64,000 bases of DNA, taken from NCBI GenBank assembly GCA_001782825.1, contig MFPS01000009.1, positions 122,102-186,101 of the forward strand. The letters are read 5' to 3'. Position numbers and translations under genes: made by a program. This document shows positions 19,592-29,601 of the stretch, piece after piece. The DNA is from Candidatus Magasanikbacteria bacterium RIFCSPHIGHO2_01_FULL_33_34 (GTDB lineage: Bacteria > Patescibacteriota > Patescibacteriia > Magasanikbacterales > UBA922). Numbering within the stretch: the first letter of the stretch is position 1; every line of letters begins with the position of its first letter. The notes beneath the pieces were generated by a model, which made no database searches, was not told the DNA's origin, and worked only from the letters and a program-made list of their open reading frames with translations.

Positions 19592-22462
19592 TTATACCTC
19601 ACATTTTACTTTTAACTTTAATTTTTTTTGATTTATTTCCACTTCTTCTTCACCTTCACCTATTTCAACATTATCCGCACTCACTTGCTTTTTGATTTCA
19701 TCTGCAAATTCATCAAAAACAGCCTTAATCTCCTCATCTTCTGTTTCATACAAAATACTTACCTTAATTTCCCGTGTCAAACCTTTTTCTTTACGGATTT
19801 GATTTATTGCCCGTACTACTTCACGAACCAATCCTTCTTTTATTAATTCTTCTGATAACTGTGTATCCAATTCAATTTTCTCACCAAACAAAACTTCTTT
19901 TACATTTACTTCATCTGCAATTATATTCTTTAATCCATCTGGAAAATCTTTGTCTATAACCAATTTTTGCAATGGTTGCCTTACTTTTATTTTGGCCTCT
20001 TTTCTCAAAAATAAACTCTCTTCTACAATTTTTCTAGCTTCATTCATTTGAATTAAAACTTCTTCACCAACATAATCATCATTTATTTCTGGCCAATTTT
20101 CCAAATGCACACTAGTCTCTCCACTATTCAAATCCATAAATATTTTCTCAGAAACAAATGGAGTAAACGGCGCCATTACTTTTGACAAAGTTAATAAAAC
20201 TTCTTTGAGCGTAGCCAGAGCAAATTGCTTATCCTTTTCATCATCACCCTTAAATCTATCTCGACTCCTGCGCACATACCACTGCGACAGCTCCAAAATA
20301 AAATCCATAATCGGACGACTTGCCTCTGCCAGTTTGTAAGCCTTCATATTATCAGTTACTTCACGAACTAACTCTTGTTGTTTTGCTAATATCCAAGTGT
20401 CCAATATATTTTCTGACTTACCCACGTCTATTTCTTTTGCATCAACCTCAAACATTTTGTAAAAAGAATAAACATTCCAAAGTGTATTCACAACTTTATT
20501 ATACACATCACGCACAGCTGATTCTGAAAATCGCAAATCTTCTGCATACATAACTGGTGAAGATACCAAATAATACCTCATAGCATCAGCACCATATTTT
20601 TCAAGCATTTCATTTGGATCCGGATAATTTTTCAACCTCTTACTCATCTTTTTGCCATCTTCTGCCAAAACTATGCCGTTTACTATTACATTTTTGAAAG
20701 CACCGCTAGTTTTTTCTTTTGGAATTGACGACTCACTCCCGATTGTAAGAGCAGTTGCAAGCACATGAAGTGTATAAAACCAACCACGAGTTTGATCTTG
20801 ACCTTCGGCAATAAATTCTGATGGAAAACCGGCTTCAAATTTAGCTTTATTTTCAAATGGATAATGCATTTGTGCATATGGCATAGAACCAGATTCAAAC
20901 CAACAATCCAAAACTTCTGGAATTCTAGTATATTTCTTTCCATTTTTTTCTATGACTATATTATCAACAATATGCTTGTGTAAATCTGTTATTTTCTGTC
21001 CTGACAATTCTTCCAACTCTTTTACATTACCAATACAAAATACATCACCATCATCACTTTTCCATATTGGTAATGGAGTACCCCAAAAACGATTGCGAGA
21101 AATTGCCCAATCGCGTGCACCTTCCAACCATTTACCAAACCGACCTTCTTTCAAATGTTCTGGCACCCAGCTTATATCATGATTATTATTCACCAAATCA
21201 TCTTTCAAATCAGTGACCCGAACAAACCAAGATGAAGTCGCATAATTTAAAAGCGGAGTATCGCAACGCCAACAATGTGGATAGCTATGTTCATATTTTG
21301 CCTTACTAAACAATTTGTTATTATGCGCTAGCCATTTGATAATTTCTACATCAGTCTTAGTTATATCTTCTTTTGGCTTAACCTCAAACCCTGCAAAATC
21401 CGTAACTTCATTTGTAAATAATCCATCCATTGTCACATGTTGCACCCAACCAATCTTTTCTTTTTGACCAACTTCATAATCGTCATTACCAAATGCAGGG
21501 GCAATATGGACAATACCAGTTCCATTTTCAACCGTTACAAAATCAGCCGACACAACTTTAAAGGCATTTTCTGTATTTGCAAAATATGGAAACAATGGCT
21601 CATACTCTAAACCTACCAAATCTTTATTGTTAATTTTTTGTACAACTTCAAACTCTTTTTCCTTAAACACTTCCTGCAATCTTTCTTTTGCAACCACAAA
21701 ATTTTCATTTTCAAATCTGACCACCATATATTCAATATCTCCACCAACCGCAAGTGCAACATTTCCTGGCAAAGTCCAAGGTGTTGTCGTCCAAGCGAGT
21801 ACATACACATCGCCATCAACCCCCAACTTTTCTTTGGCATTCTTTAATTTAAATTTGGCTGTTGCAGACAAATCTTTCACATCTTTATATCCTTGAGTCA
21901 CTTCAAAATTTGAAAGTGGTGTAACACAGCGAGGGCAAATATGCATTGCCTTATAACCTTCATAAATCAAACCTTTATTAAACAATTCTTTAAAGACCCA
22001 CCACACACTCTCCATATACTCAATATCCATTGTCTTATACGAATGCTCCATATCTACCCATCTACCCATTCGCTCTACAGTCTTGCGCCATTCTTCTGTA
22101 TATTTCAAAACCGCAACTCGGCAAGCTTCATTAAACTTATCAACCCCCAATTTTTCAATATCTTTTTTACTATTAAGCTTGAGATCACTTTCAATAATAT
22201 TTTCAACTGGCAATCCATGACAATCCCAACCCCATACCCGCTCTACCCGATAACCCTGCATAGTCCAATATCTAGGTACTACATCTTTCATAAGACCTGC
22301 AACAATATGACCATAATGAGGCAAACCAGTCGCAAATGGAGGCCCATCATAAAAAACATACGGCTTATTCTCTGGCCGTTCATTAACAGATTTTTCAAAT
22401 GTTTTGTCTTTTTTCCAAAACTCTAGTATCTCACTCTCTTGTTCATTTGCATTATATGGCAT
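19592..22462 (-). CDS. ileS: Isoleucine--tRNA ligase, type 2 (archaeal/eukaryote-like)
   Basis: DGPPFATGLPHYGH, GWDCHGLP, WTTTPWTLP, DWAISRNRFWG, KMSKR; no C-terminal Zn finger. Confidence 0.96.
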   Translation of the reverse strand: MPYNANEQESEILEFWKKDKTFEKSVNERPENKPYVFYDGPPFATGLPHYGHIVAGLMKDVVPRYWTMQGYRVERVWGWDCHGLPVENIIESDLKLNSKKDIEKLGVDKFNEACRVAVLKYTEEWRKTVERMGRWVDMEHSYKTMDIEYMESVWWVFKELFNKGLIYEGYKAMHICPRCVTPLSNFEVTQGYKDVKDLSATAKFKLKNAKEKLGVDGDVYVLAWTTTPWTLPGNVALAVGGDIEYMVVRFENENFVVAKERLQEVFKEKEFEVVQKINNKDLVGLEYEPLFPYFANTENAFKVVSADFVTVENGTGIVHIAPAFGNDDYEVGQKEKIGWVQHVTMDGLFTNEVTDFAGFEVKPKEDITKTDVEIIKWLAHNNKLFSKAKYEHSYPHCWRCDTPLLNYATSSWFVRVTDLKDDLVNNNHDISWVPEHLKEGRFGKWLEGARDWAISRNRFWGTPLPIWKSDDGDVFCIGNVKELEELSGQKITDLHKHIVDNIVIEKNGKKYTRIPEVLDCWFESGSMPYAQMHYPFENKAKFEAGFPSEFIAEGQDQTRGWFYTLHVLATALTIGSESSIPKEKTSGAFKNVIVNGIVLAEDGKKMSKRLKNYPDPNEMLEKYGADAMRYYLVSSPVMYAEDLRFSESAVRDVYNKVVNTLWNVYSFYKMFEVDAKEIDVGKSENILDTWILAKQQELVREVTDNMKAYKLAEASRPIMDFILELSQWYVRRSRDRFKGDDEKDKQFALATLKEVLLTLSKVMAPFTPFVSEKIFMDLNSGETSVHLENWPEINDDYVGEEVLIQMNEARKIVEESLFLRKEAKIKVRQPLQKLVIDKDFPDGLKNIIADEVNVKEVLFGEKIELDTQLSEELIKEGLVREVVRAINQIRKEKGLTREIKVSILYETEDEEIKAVFDEFADEIKKQVSADNVEIGEGEEEVEINQKKLKLKVKCEV

Positions 22463-22509
22463 AAAATAATCACTAAGGTATAAAAATTGAAATCATCATT
22501 TATAATTAA

Positions 22510-22612
22510 GTATTAATTTCAATTATTTGTTTTTACGGATTTGATGCTCCAATAAGCATCACCCTCGGAGCCAAAGCGAGAATGAGTAAAAACAAATAAT
22601 TGAAATTAATAC
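22510..22612. repeat. Dispersed structured element, copy 3
   Basis: 27-bp perfect terminal inverted repeat (22510-22536/22586-22612); inner stem changed to TGATGCT/AGCATCA. Confidence 0.92.
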
Positions 22613-22765
22613 AATCTTGGTCAAAAATATAAACAACACTGTCTTATCTTACAATCAAGAAATTTGCCTAATTATAGGCACAAGTATAAACTACTATACA
22701 AAAGAAATGCAGGATTGTAAAGACCAGCCTCACATGTTATAATTTTATTACATTAATATAAACTT

Positions 22766-23221
22766 ATGTATACAGGATTATTATATATTGCCTCAGACCA
22801 TGCTGGTTATGGCCTCAAAAAAAGACTAATTAGATATATAAACAACGAACTAAACCTCAAGGTAGAAGATATGGGAGCCAAGCAATACGATGAAAACGAT
22901 GACTTTCCTGACTTTATATTACCCGCTACCCAAAAAGCAGTTGCTAACAATGGCCGAGTCATCGTTATTGGTGGTAGCGGAAACGGTGAAGCCATAGCCG
23001 CAAACAAAGTAACCGGCATGCGTTGTATCTTGGCCCACAGTATAGAAACAGCCCAACTAGGTAGAACTCACAACAATGCCAATGGCATTGCTTTTGGTGC
23101 ACGCATTATAACAGAAGAACACGCCATGGCTATGCTAAAAATATGGCTAGAAACAGAATTTCTAGGTGGTAAATATGAACTACGCAATATAAAAATAAAA
23201 CAATTTGAAGAAAAAAAATAA
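22766..23221 (+). CDS. rpiB: Ribose-5-phosphate isomerase B
   Basis: IASDHAG, GGSGNGE (Glu-type active site), AANK, HNNAN. Confidence 0.92.
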   Translation: MYTGLLYIASDHAGYGLKKRLIRYINNELNLKVEDMGAKQYDENDDFPDFILPATQKAVANNGRVIVIGGSGNGEAIAANKVTGMRCILAHSIETAQLGRTHNNANGIAFGARIITEEHAMAMLKIWLETEFLGGKYELRNIKIKQFEEKK

Positions 23222-23222
23222 T

Positions 23223-23870
23223 ATGCCAAAAATTATACCTTCACTACTTGTCACAAATGAAACAGATTTTGAATCACAAATAAAATCTGTGACAGGACTC
23301 GTTGATATGATACAAGTTGACTTAGCTGATGGTAAATTTGTACCCAACACCACTTGGCCTTATCAAGAACCACAAAAAGCACAAAAACATCTTGAAAATA
23401 TTGATTTTGAACTACATCTCATGGTTGAAGAACCACTAAAGATCATAAAACAATGGATCAATCACAAACGACTCAAACGCATTTTAGTTCATATTGAATC
23501 AACCAATGATATAGAATCAATACTTTCAGAAATAAAAATGTTCCATAAAGAAGCTGGGATAGTCCTCAATCCAACTACCTCTATATATGATGCAGAACCA
23601 TACTTTGACAAAATAGACTCTCTAATGCTAATGGGTGTCAAACCTGGTTTTCAAGGACAAGCTTTTATACCAAGCACAATAGATAAAATCAAAAAAGTAA
23701 AAGAAATTAATAAAAATGTATTTATTGAAATTGATGGAGGTGTAAACAAACTGACAATTACCCAGATTGCTAGAGCTGGAGCTGATGTAATTTGCCCTGG
23801 CAGTGCAGTTTTTAAAGGAGATAATATAGAAAATAATATAACAGACTTAACTAATTTACTCACAGCTTAA
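23223..23870 (+). CDS. rpe: Ribulose-phosphate 3-epimerase
   Basis: IPSL, DLADGKFVPN, HLMV, MGVKPGFQGQ, IDGGVN. Confidence 0.92.
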   Translation: MPKIIPSLLVTNETDFESQIKSVTGLVDMIQVDLADGKFVPNTTWPYQEPQKAQKHLENIDFELHLMVEEPLKIIKQWINHKRLKRILVHIESTNDIESILSEIKMFHKEAGIVLNPTTSIYDAEPYFDKIDSLMLMGVKPGFQGQAFIPSTIDKIKKVKEINKNVFIEIDGGVNKLTITQIARAGADVICPGSAVFKGDNIENNITDLTNLLTA

Positions 23871-23928
23871 TTAAAATTTACTTAATTAATAACTTGTTAG
23901 AAAAACTAATGTTATTTATAAAATAATA

Positions 23929-24028
23929 AAAGTCTGATAATTATATTTTTTACGGATTTGGTTGCTACAACAAACAACCACCTCGGAGTCCAAACGAGAA
24001 TGAGTAAAAAATATAATTATCAGACTTT
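23929..24028. repeat. Dispersed structured element, copy 4
   Basis: 25-bp perfect terminal inverted repeat (23929-23953/24004-24028) with different arm sequence and the same core. Confidence 0.92.
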
Positions 24029-24087
24029 ACTACCAAAAAACAATACAAATAACATTACAAAATCTTACAAATAACTTAATAAATATT

Positions 24088-25032
24088 ATGTACGACCTAG
24101 TCATTATAGGCGCTTCAGCAGCCTCATTTCCAGCAGCCATTTACTCAGCCCGCAGACATCTAAATTTTGTAATGGTCACCAAAGATATCGGTGGCGAATT
24201 AGCTTTGTCTGGATCAGTAAACAATTGGCCTGGAGTAATTGAGACCAATGGATATGAATTGGCCAAACAAATGCACGAACACGCAAAATCATATGGAACA
24301 CAAATTGATGAAGGTATAGAAGTACAAGAAATAAAGCAAAATGGCAAAACTCATACCGTGATTGCAAAAGATGCCGTTGGTAAAGAAAAAATATATGAAA
24401 CAAAATCTATCATAATAGCCAGTGGAATTCATCCTCGTGAACTTGGAATTGAAGGAGAAGACAAATTCAGAGGAAAAGGGGTTACTTATTGTACAGTCTG
24501 CGATGGTCCATTATTCAAAGGAAAAACAACCGCTACGATTGGCTCAGGAAATTCAGCCTTAGAATCAGCTTTGATGATGGCTGGCATTGCTGAAAAAGTC
24601 TATATTGTAACCAAATACACAGAGAGTAATATGGGAGGATTTCCAAGAGGCGAATCTATTCTTGTAAAAAAATTAAAAGAACTTAAAAATGTAGAAATCC
24701 TATACAATACAGACACAAGAGAAATACAAGGAGAGAATATGGTAAACAAAATCATAGTGGCCGATAATGAAAGTGGTGAAATCAAAGACATAACTGTACA
24801 AGGCGTAATGGTTCATATTGGTATGATACCAAATAGTGATTTTGTTGAATGTGTTAAAAAAAATAAACAAAAAGAAATTGAAGTAGACCTAAAATGCGAA
24901 ACCTCTGTTGCTGGCATTTTTGCTGCTGGAGACGTTACCAATATACCTTATAAACAAATTGTCATTGCCGCTGGTCAAGGAGTAACCGCTGCCTTATCAG
25001 CTATTGATTATCTTAATAAGTTTGATGAATAA
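24088..25032 (+). CDS. trxB: Thioredoxin reductase-like FAD oxidoreductase
   Basis: GVTYCTVCDG redox motif, GSGNSALE, GIFAAGD, KQIVIAAGQG. Confidence 0.85.
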   Translation: MYDLVIIGASAASFPAAIYSARRHLNFVMVTKDIGGELALSGSVNNWPGVIETNGYELAKQMHEHAKSYGTQIDEGIEVQEIKQNGKTHTVIAKDAVGKEKIYETKSIIIASGIHPRELGIEGEDKFRGKGVTYCTVCDGPLFKGKTTATIGSGNSALESALMMAGIAEKVYIVTKYTESNMGGFPRGESILVKKLKELKNVEILYNTDTREIQGENMVNKIIVADNESGEIKDITVQGVMVHIGMIPNSDFVECVKKNKQKEIEVDLKCETSVAGIFAAGDVTNIPYKQIVIAAGQGVTAALSAIDYLNKFDE

Positions 25033-25077
25033 AAGGCTCAAATTAGCCAAAAAAAATAAAAAATCACATTAAAATGA

Positions 25078-25106
25078 TTGACAAATCAACTTTTTTAAGG
25101 TATACT
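25078..25106 (+). promoter_or_regulatory. Sigma70 promoter
   Basis: TTGACA-17-TATACT. Confidence 0.7.
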
Positions 25107-25168
25107 ACAAACTTATAAATATAATTTTAACTACAAATCCATCATAATTTTTCTTATAAAAAAGACTT

Positions 25169-26548
25169 ATGTCTAATCAAAAAGGGAAACAAACTGCTCA
25201 AATCATAAACAAAATATTTGACCAAATGATAAAAGCAGTCAATGATACAGGTGAAGAAAAACAAAAAAATATTATTCTCTTCGTAGGTAAAATACAAGAC
25301 TTCACATACTCTTCAATAGAAGCATACAACAAATCATCCGAAAAAAAATATCGTATTGGTTTAATTTATGATTCAAAATCAAAATTTGATTTATCAGGAC
25401 AAAAAATTTTTGATTCCATTGAAATTAAAATTCCTTGCGATATTAACAATCCTTCATCTATTCAAAAGGCTTTGTTACCTTATCAAGACGAACTATTGGC
25501 TATCACCTGTCGTGGAGAAGATAAAATACCAACATTTTCCAAAATAATTCCCCATGTACCATATCTAAATACTCCAAGCTCAAAATCACTAGAATGGGCA
25601 TCTGACAAAATCATGATGCGTGAAAGATTGCGCATACACAACAAAAATATAACACCAGCATTTACCATAATAAAAGACTACAAAAATTCATCCATAAAAA
25701 AAATAGAAGACGAAGTAGGCTTTCCAATAGTTGTAAAACCATCAGGACTGGCAGCTAGTAGGCTAGTATCAATTTGCTTCCACAAAGAAGAACTGGAACA
25801 AATTTTGAAAAAGATTTTTAAAAAAATAGATTCAGTTTACAAAGAAAATAATTTTACTGGTGAACCACAAGTACTAGTAGAAAAATTTATGGATGGTGAA
25901 ATGTACTCTATAGATGGCTATGTCAATAGAAGAGGTATTATAAATTTTTGTCCAATGGTACACATAAAAACAGGTAGATCAATCGGATTTGATGATTTTT
26001 TTGGTTATCAACAAATTACCCCAACACTTCTTGGAAAAGAAAAAATAATAAATGCAGAATTTGTTGCCCAAGAAGCTGTTCATGCACTAGCATTAAGAAA
26101 TACCACTGTACATGTTGAAATGATTAAAACAGAGTCTGGCTGGAAAATTATTGAATTGGCTGCTAGAGCTGGTGGTTTCCGTCATCAAATGTACAAATAT
26201 TCTTATGATATTGATCACACCCTAAATGATATTTATATACATATACCAGAAAAAACAATAATCCCAAAAAAAGTCTTAGGCTATACTGTGGCAATGAAAT
26301 TTTTTGCAAAACAAGAAGGTACTTTGACTAAACTAACTGGAATAAAAAAAATACAACTTCTAAGCTCATTCAAAGAAATTAGTGTTAACAAAAATATTGG
26401 TGATATGTGTTTATATGCCAAAAATGGTGGAAATAGTGTTTTTAATTTAATAATGTTTAACAAAGAAAGATCAAAACTACTAGCAGATATCAGAAGAGTA
26501 GAGCAAACAATAGAAATAGAAACTAGTAAAAACGGAAATACTAAATAA
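25169..26548 (+). CDS. ATP-grasp domain protein (amino acid ligase-like)
   Basis: DKIMMR, GFPIVVKP, LVEKFMDGEMYSID, HVE...IIELAARAGG. Confidence 0.85.
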   Translation: MSNQKGKQTAQIINKIFDQMIKAVNDTGEEKQKNIILFVGKIQDFTYSSIEAYNKSSEKKYRIGLIYDSKSKFDLSGQKIFDSIEIKIPCDINNPSSIQKALLPYQDELLAITCRGEDKIPTFSKIIPHVPYLNTPSSKSLEWASDKIMMRERLRIHNKNITPAFTIIKDYKNSSIKKIEDEVGFPIVVKPSGLAASRLVSICFHKEELEQILKKIFKKIDSVYKENNFTGEPQVLVEKFMDGEMYSIDGYVNRRGIINFCPMVHIKTGRSIGFDDFFGYQQITPTLLGKEKIINAEFVAQEAVHALALRNTTVHVEMIKTESGWKIIELAARAGGFRHQMYKYSYDIDHTLNDIYIHIPEKTIIPKKVLGYTVAMKFFAKQEGTLTKLTGIKKIQLLSSFKEISVNKNIGDMCLYAKNGGNSVFNLIMFNKERSKLLADIRRVEQTIEIETSKNGNTK

Positions 26549-26571
26549 AAAATCCCTAATAGGGATTTTTT
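26547..26571. terminator. Bidirectional terminator
   Basis: AAAAAATCCCT-AAT-AGGGATTTTTT between convergent genes. Confidence 0.7.
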
Positions 26572-26612
26572 AAATTATTAATAATTATTGATTTTATTAT
26601 TATTTTAATAAA

Positions 26613-27323
26613 TCATACAAAATTTCTCATCTTATAATCATGTTTTCTACCAACAAAATGCTCTACAGTTTGGCATATGCTATCATAATGATAAGGTGGC
26701 CCAAGCAAACACAAACCATATTCAAAAGCCAAAACTTGCCCACGAATTTCTTCTGCCAAATTAGGATACTCTTGCTCGTCATCTGCCATAGCCGACAAAA
26801 CATTTAATCTTTTTTCTATATCATCTAAAATTATTTGAAACCTAGCAACTTTTTTTTCATATTCAATTCTACTAGAAGCAAAAACTGCTTGCGCAGTATG
26901 CCCCCAAATGTCTCTTTTTACATCAACTAATGCTTCACCAACTTTCACCCTATCTTCAACATCAAAAAACATTGCAGGGTTACCACTATACAAATCAACA
27001 AAATTACCACCATATCCAACAAACTCTTTATACCTACGCTTTAAATTTGGTTCAAGTTTTCCTAATAAAAAACTTTCACCTAATTTATTTTCAAATACAT
27101 TAAAAAACTCCTTAAAAGCCTGACGATATGGCCATAATTTCTTACCAAAAAATATAATAGTTTTTTCCATTTCTCCCAACTCCAAATCAAAATTTGATTC
27201 CATTTGCTTATAAGCCTGTTTAGCATCTGCAACCATATTTTTTGGAGCCAAAGGTGGAATTCTATTAACTAAATGAGAAAAAATATTTAATGTATGTTTT
27301 ATATGTGGTTTATGCATACTCAA
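26613..27323 (-). CDS. Hypothetical protein
   Basis: 236 aa ORF, no recognised motif. Confidence 0.7.
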   Translation of the reverse strand: MSMHKPHIKHTLNIFSHLVNRIPPLAPKNMVADAKQAYKQMESNFDLELGEMEKTIIFFGKKLWPYRQAFKEFFNVFENKLGESFLLGKLEPNLKRRYKEFVGYGGNFVDLYSGNPAMFFDVEDRVKVGEALVDVKRDIWGHTAQAVFASSRIEYEKKVARFQIILDDIEKRLNVLSAMADDEQEYPNLAEEIRGQVLAFEYGLCLLGPPYHYDSICQTVEHFVGRKHDYKMRNFV

Positions 27324-27435
27324 TAAAAACTATAATTACCAATGTTAGTATACACTTTTTTTAAAAATGACTCAACAAAAAACCCCGATCCGTTGTAAAC
27401 GGACCGAGGCAAGCACGGTACAGGCAAGATAATGC

Positions 27436-27741
27436 CTACTTTTTTTCCATGCTTTTGAGCACATCACGGCGCTCCTTATCTGAACAAGGTTGACCCGATG
27501 GCTCCCACCGACAATCAACCAAAGAAACCCCTCCATCTTCCTCGTCTGTCCATATTATGATACGCCTAGTTGGAAGTATAACAGAATTTTCTTCTGATTC
27601 GAGTTTTTCAAACACAGAACCACGATCAATCTTAGAGGTTATGTCCACATCCACAGACGTGGGAAAAAACATCAAAATCAACAAGGTTGAAACGACAAAA
27701 CCCACCACGAAATCAAACATCGACATTCTACGATTTTCCAT
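27436..27741 (-). CDS. Small exported/membrane-anchored hypothetical protein, GC-richer
   Basis: N-terminal TM, AGGGG RBS, own promoter and terminator. Confidence 0.65.
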   Translation of the reverse strand: MENRRMSMFDFVVGFVVSTLLILMFFPTSVDVDITSKIDRGSVFEKLESEENSVILPTRRIIIWTDEEDGGVSLVDCRWEPSGQPCSDKERRDVLKSMEKK

Positions 27742-27787
27742 GTTAACCCCCTATATCTTTCTTGGTCCCATACCAAAAAGACAAATA

Positions 27788-27816
27788 AGTATATCACAAA
27801 AAAATACTTTTGTCAA
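27788..27816 (-). promoter_or_regulatory. Sigma70 promoter
   Basis: TTGACA-17-TATACT on the - strand. Confidence 0.7.
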
Positions 27817-27843
27817 GTATTTTACACTTATTTTAAGCTAATC

Positions 27844-28302
27844 TTAGCTATTTTTTCTTAAAATATGCATAGCAATTCCACCAGCAATACTCACATTCAA
27901 ACTCTCCTTTTTACCTTGCATCGGTATATGTAAAACTTCATCACACAACCTTATTATATCCTCAGACACACCCTCTACTTCATTACCTACTATAAGTGCT
28001 ATGTCTCCTTTATATTTAAACTTATTTATATCATTACTTTTATTAGTTTTTTCTAAAGCTACTATCTTAATATTATTTTTTTTCAATTTTTGTATTAATA
28101 TTTTCAAATTTTTCTTTGTTTCAAATGGTACCCATTTTTCTGCGCCAAGAGAAACTTTGTCGATCTGTGGTTTTGGTGGAACCGGAGTATATCCAACCAA
28201 AAATATTTTATCAATACCAAAAGCATCAGCCGTACGAAACATAGCTCCAACATTATGACAAGATCTAATATTTGGTAAAATTAAAAAAAATTTTCCTTTC
28301 AC
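27844..28302 (-). CDS. TrmH/SpoU family RNA methyltransferase
   Basis: NVGAMFRTADAFG, VGNEVEGV, IPMQGKKESLNVSIA. Confidence 0.93.
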   Translation of the reverse strand: MKGKFFLILPNIRSCHNVGAMFRTADAFGIDKIFLVGYTPVPPKPQIDKVSLGAEKWVPFETKKNLKILIQKLKKNNIKIVALEKTNKSNDINKFKYKGDIALIVGNEVEGVSEDIIRLCDEVLHIPMQGKKESLNVSIAGGIAMHILRKNS

Positions 28303-28339
28303 ATCAATATATTATACTTGCATACATACAACTAAAAAT

Positions 28340-29569
28340 TTACTCTACTGTATTTGGATATCTTCTGAGTTCTGTTTCTCTATCACTTTCCAATCTTTCT
28401 GCCTTGATACGAGCAGACTCTATCTCTGCACGCATATCTTGTCTATCTTCTATAAACTCACTTTGAGCCCTTCTCAGCTCTACAGACTTACCCTTCAAAT
28501 CTTCAATCTTTTTAGTATGTTCATCTATCAATTGTTGCATTCTCTCTCTAATCTGTTCCTCTGTTAAACCCTCACTTTTAAGTTCCATCATTTTTTGAGA
28601 ACGTTCCTTAAATAAATTATTTTTTTCTTGAAGAATTTTCTTTGCATCACTAATTACTTCCAACCGATGTCCAGCCTGCAAATCCCCAGACTGAGCTTTA
28701 CTAACAAGATCTTCATAAAACCCTTTATAATTCAAACGAATAGACTCTAGCTTTAATTTTCTTTCCTCCTGAAGAATACGAATTTGTTCAACCTTTTCTT
28801 CTGTAGTCAATTCACTATTATTCAAAATCTCTTTCTTTTGTTTATTAAATTCTTTTACCGCACCTAAATGTGTTTGAATTCTCTCCCAAACACTATTCAA
28901 ATGTTCAAAAGTTCTACTAGTAACCTCAGCATCATCAATATCCCCAATCAAAGATCTCCCTCGATCAAGCATTTGCTCTCTCAATAACTCAAATCTATCT
29001 TTAGCATCTTCAGGTAAATTATCAGCCAAATCTTCCATAATTTTATCCCTTCTCAATTGATGAGTAGCCAAATTCTTTTTTAATTTTTCTGCTCTTTCAG
29101 TTGTTTTTTCAATCCAACTATCCTTTTTTCTCTGTATATTATCCATATGCTTTTGCGCAATTTCAATCATTTGTTCTGCTTTTTTTTGGGCATTTGCATT
29201 TGTAGATTCTTCAAGAATTTTTTGAGCAATCGCCATTCTTTCTTCAGCATATATCAATTGCTTTTCAGCTTTTTTTACTGGATCAAAAGTTAAGGCAATA
29301 GATATTTTTTCTCTCCAATCACGCAACCACATACCAAACCCACTTGGTACTTTTGTAATATTCTCTAATTCCACACCCTCCAACTCTTCTGGTTCTTCCA
29401 ATTCAACCAAAATATCATCCACTGTCTCTAAATCACCAGAATTATCTGATGTTTCTCCTACATTATTATCTGTTAATACAGGCTCTTCTGTCTGCGCAGA
29501 AACAAAAGAAATGGCAAAAAAAGCCACAAAAAAGCTCAAAGATAAACTCAAAAATACATTCTTCTTCAT
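28340..29569 (-). CDS. Secreted coiled-coil protein (DUF5667-like)
   Basis: Signal peptide (VSAQ); E.I..ALTFDPVKKAE..L.YAEER motif; long helical region. Confidence 0.7.
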   Translation of the reverse strand: MKKNVFLSLSLSFFVAFFAISFVSAQTEEPVLTDNNVGETSDNSGDLETVDDILVELEEPEELEGVELENITKVPSGFGMWLRDWREKISIALTFDPVKKAEKQLIYAEERMAIAQKILEESTNANAQKKAEQMIEIAQKHMDNIQRKKDSWIEKTTERAEKLKKNLATHQLRRDKIMEDLADNLPEDAKDRFELLREQMLDRGRSLIGDIDDAEVTSRTFEHLNSVWERIQTHLGAVKEFNKQKKEILNNSELTTEEKVEQIRILQEERKLKLESIRLNYKGFYEDLVSKAQSGDLQAGHRLEVISDAKKILQEKNNLFKERSQKMMELKSEGLTEEQIRERMQQLIDEHTKKIEDLKGKSVELRRAQSEFIEDRQDMRAEIESARIKAERLESDRETELRRYPNTVE

Positions 29570-29601
29570 ATTAAATAAAATTATATTATAACTAAAATAT
29601 A

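Noticed and set aside
22463-22700. T-box leader for ileS
   Set aside because: No T-box sequence (GGTGGNACC) or specifier stem on the - strand; the structure here is element copy 3
22766-23221. Inactive RpiB because the catalytic Cys is missing
   Set aside because: GGSGNGE is the known Glu-type active site, as in mycobacterial RpiB
3247-24028. CRISPR array or classical integron attC array
   Set aside because: Copies are kilobases apart with no spacer periodicity or cas genes; no RYYYAAC/GTTRRRY ends and no IntI in the window
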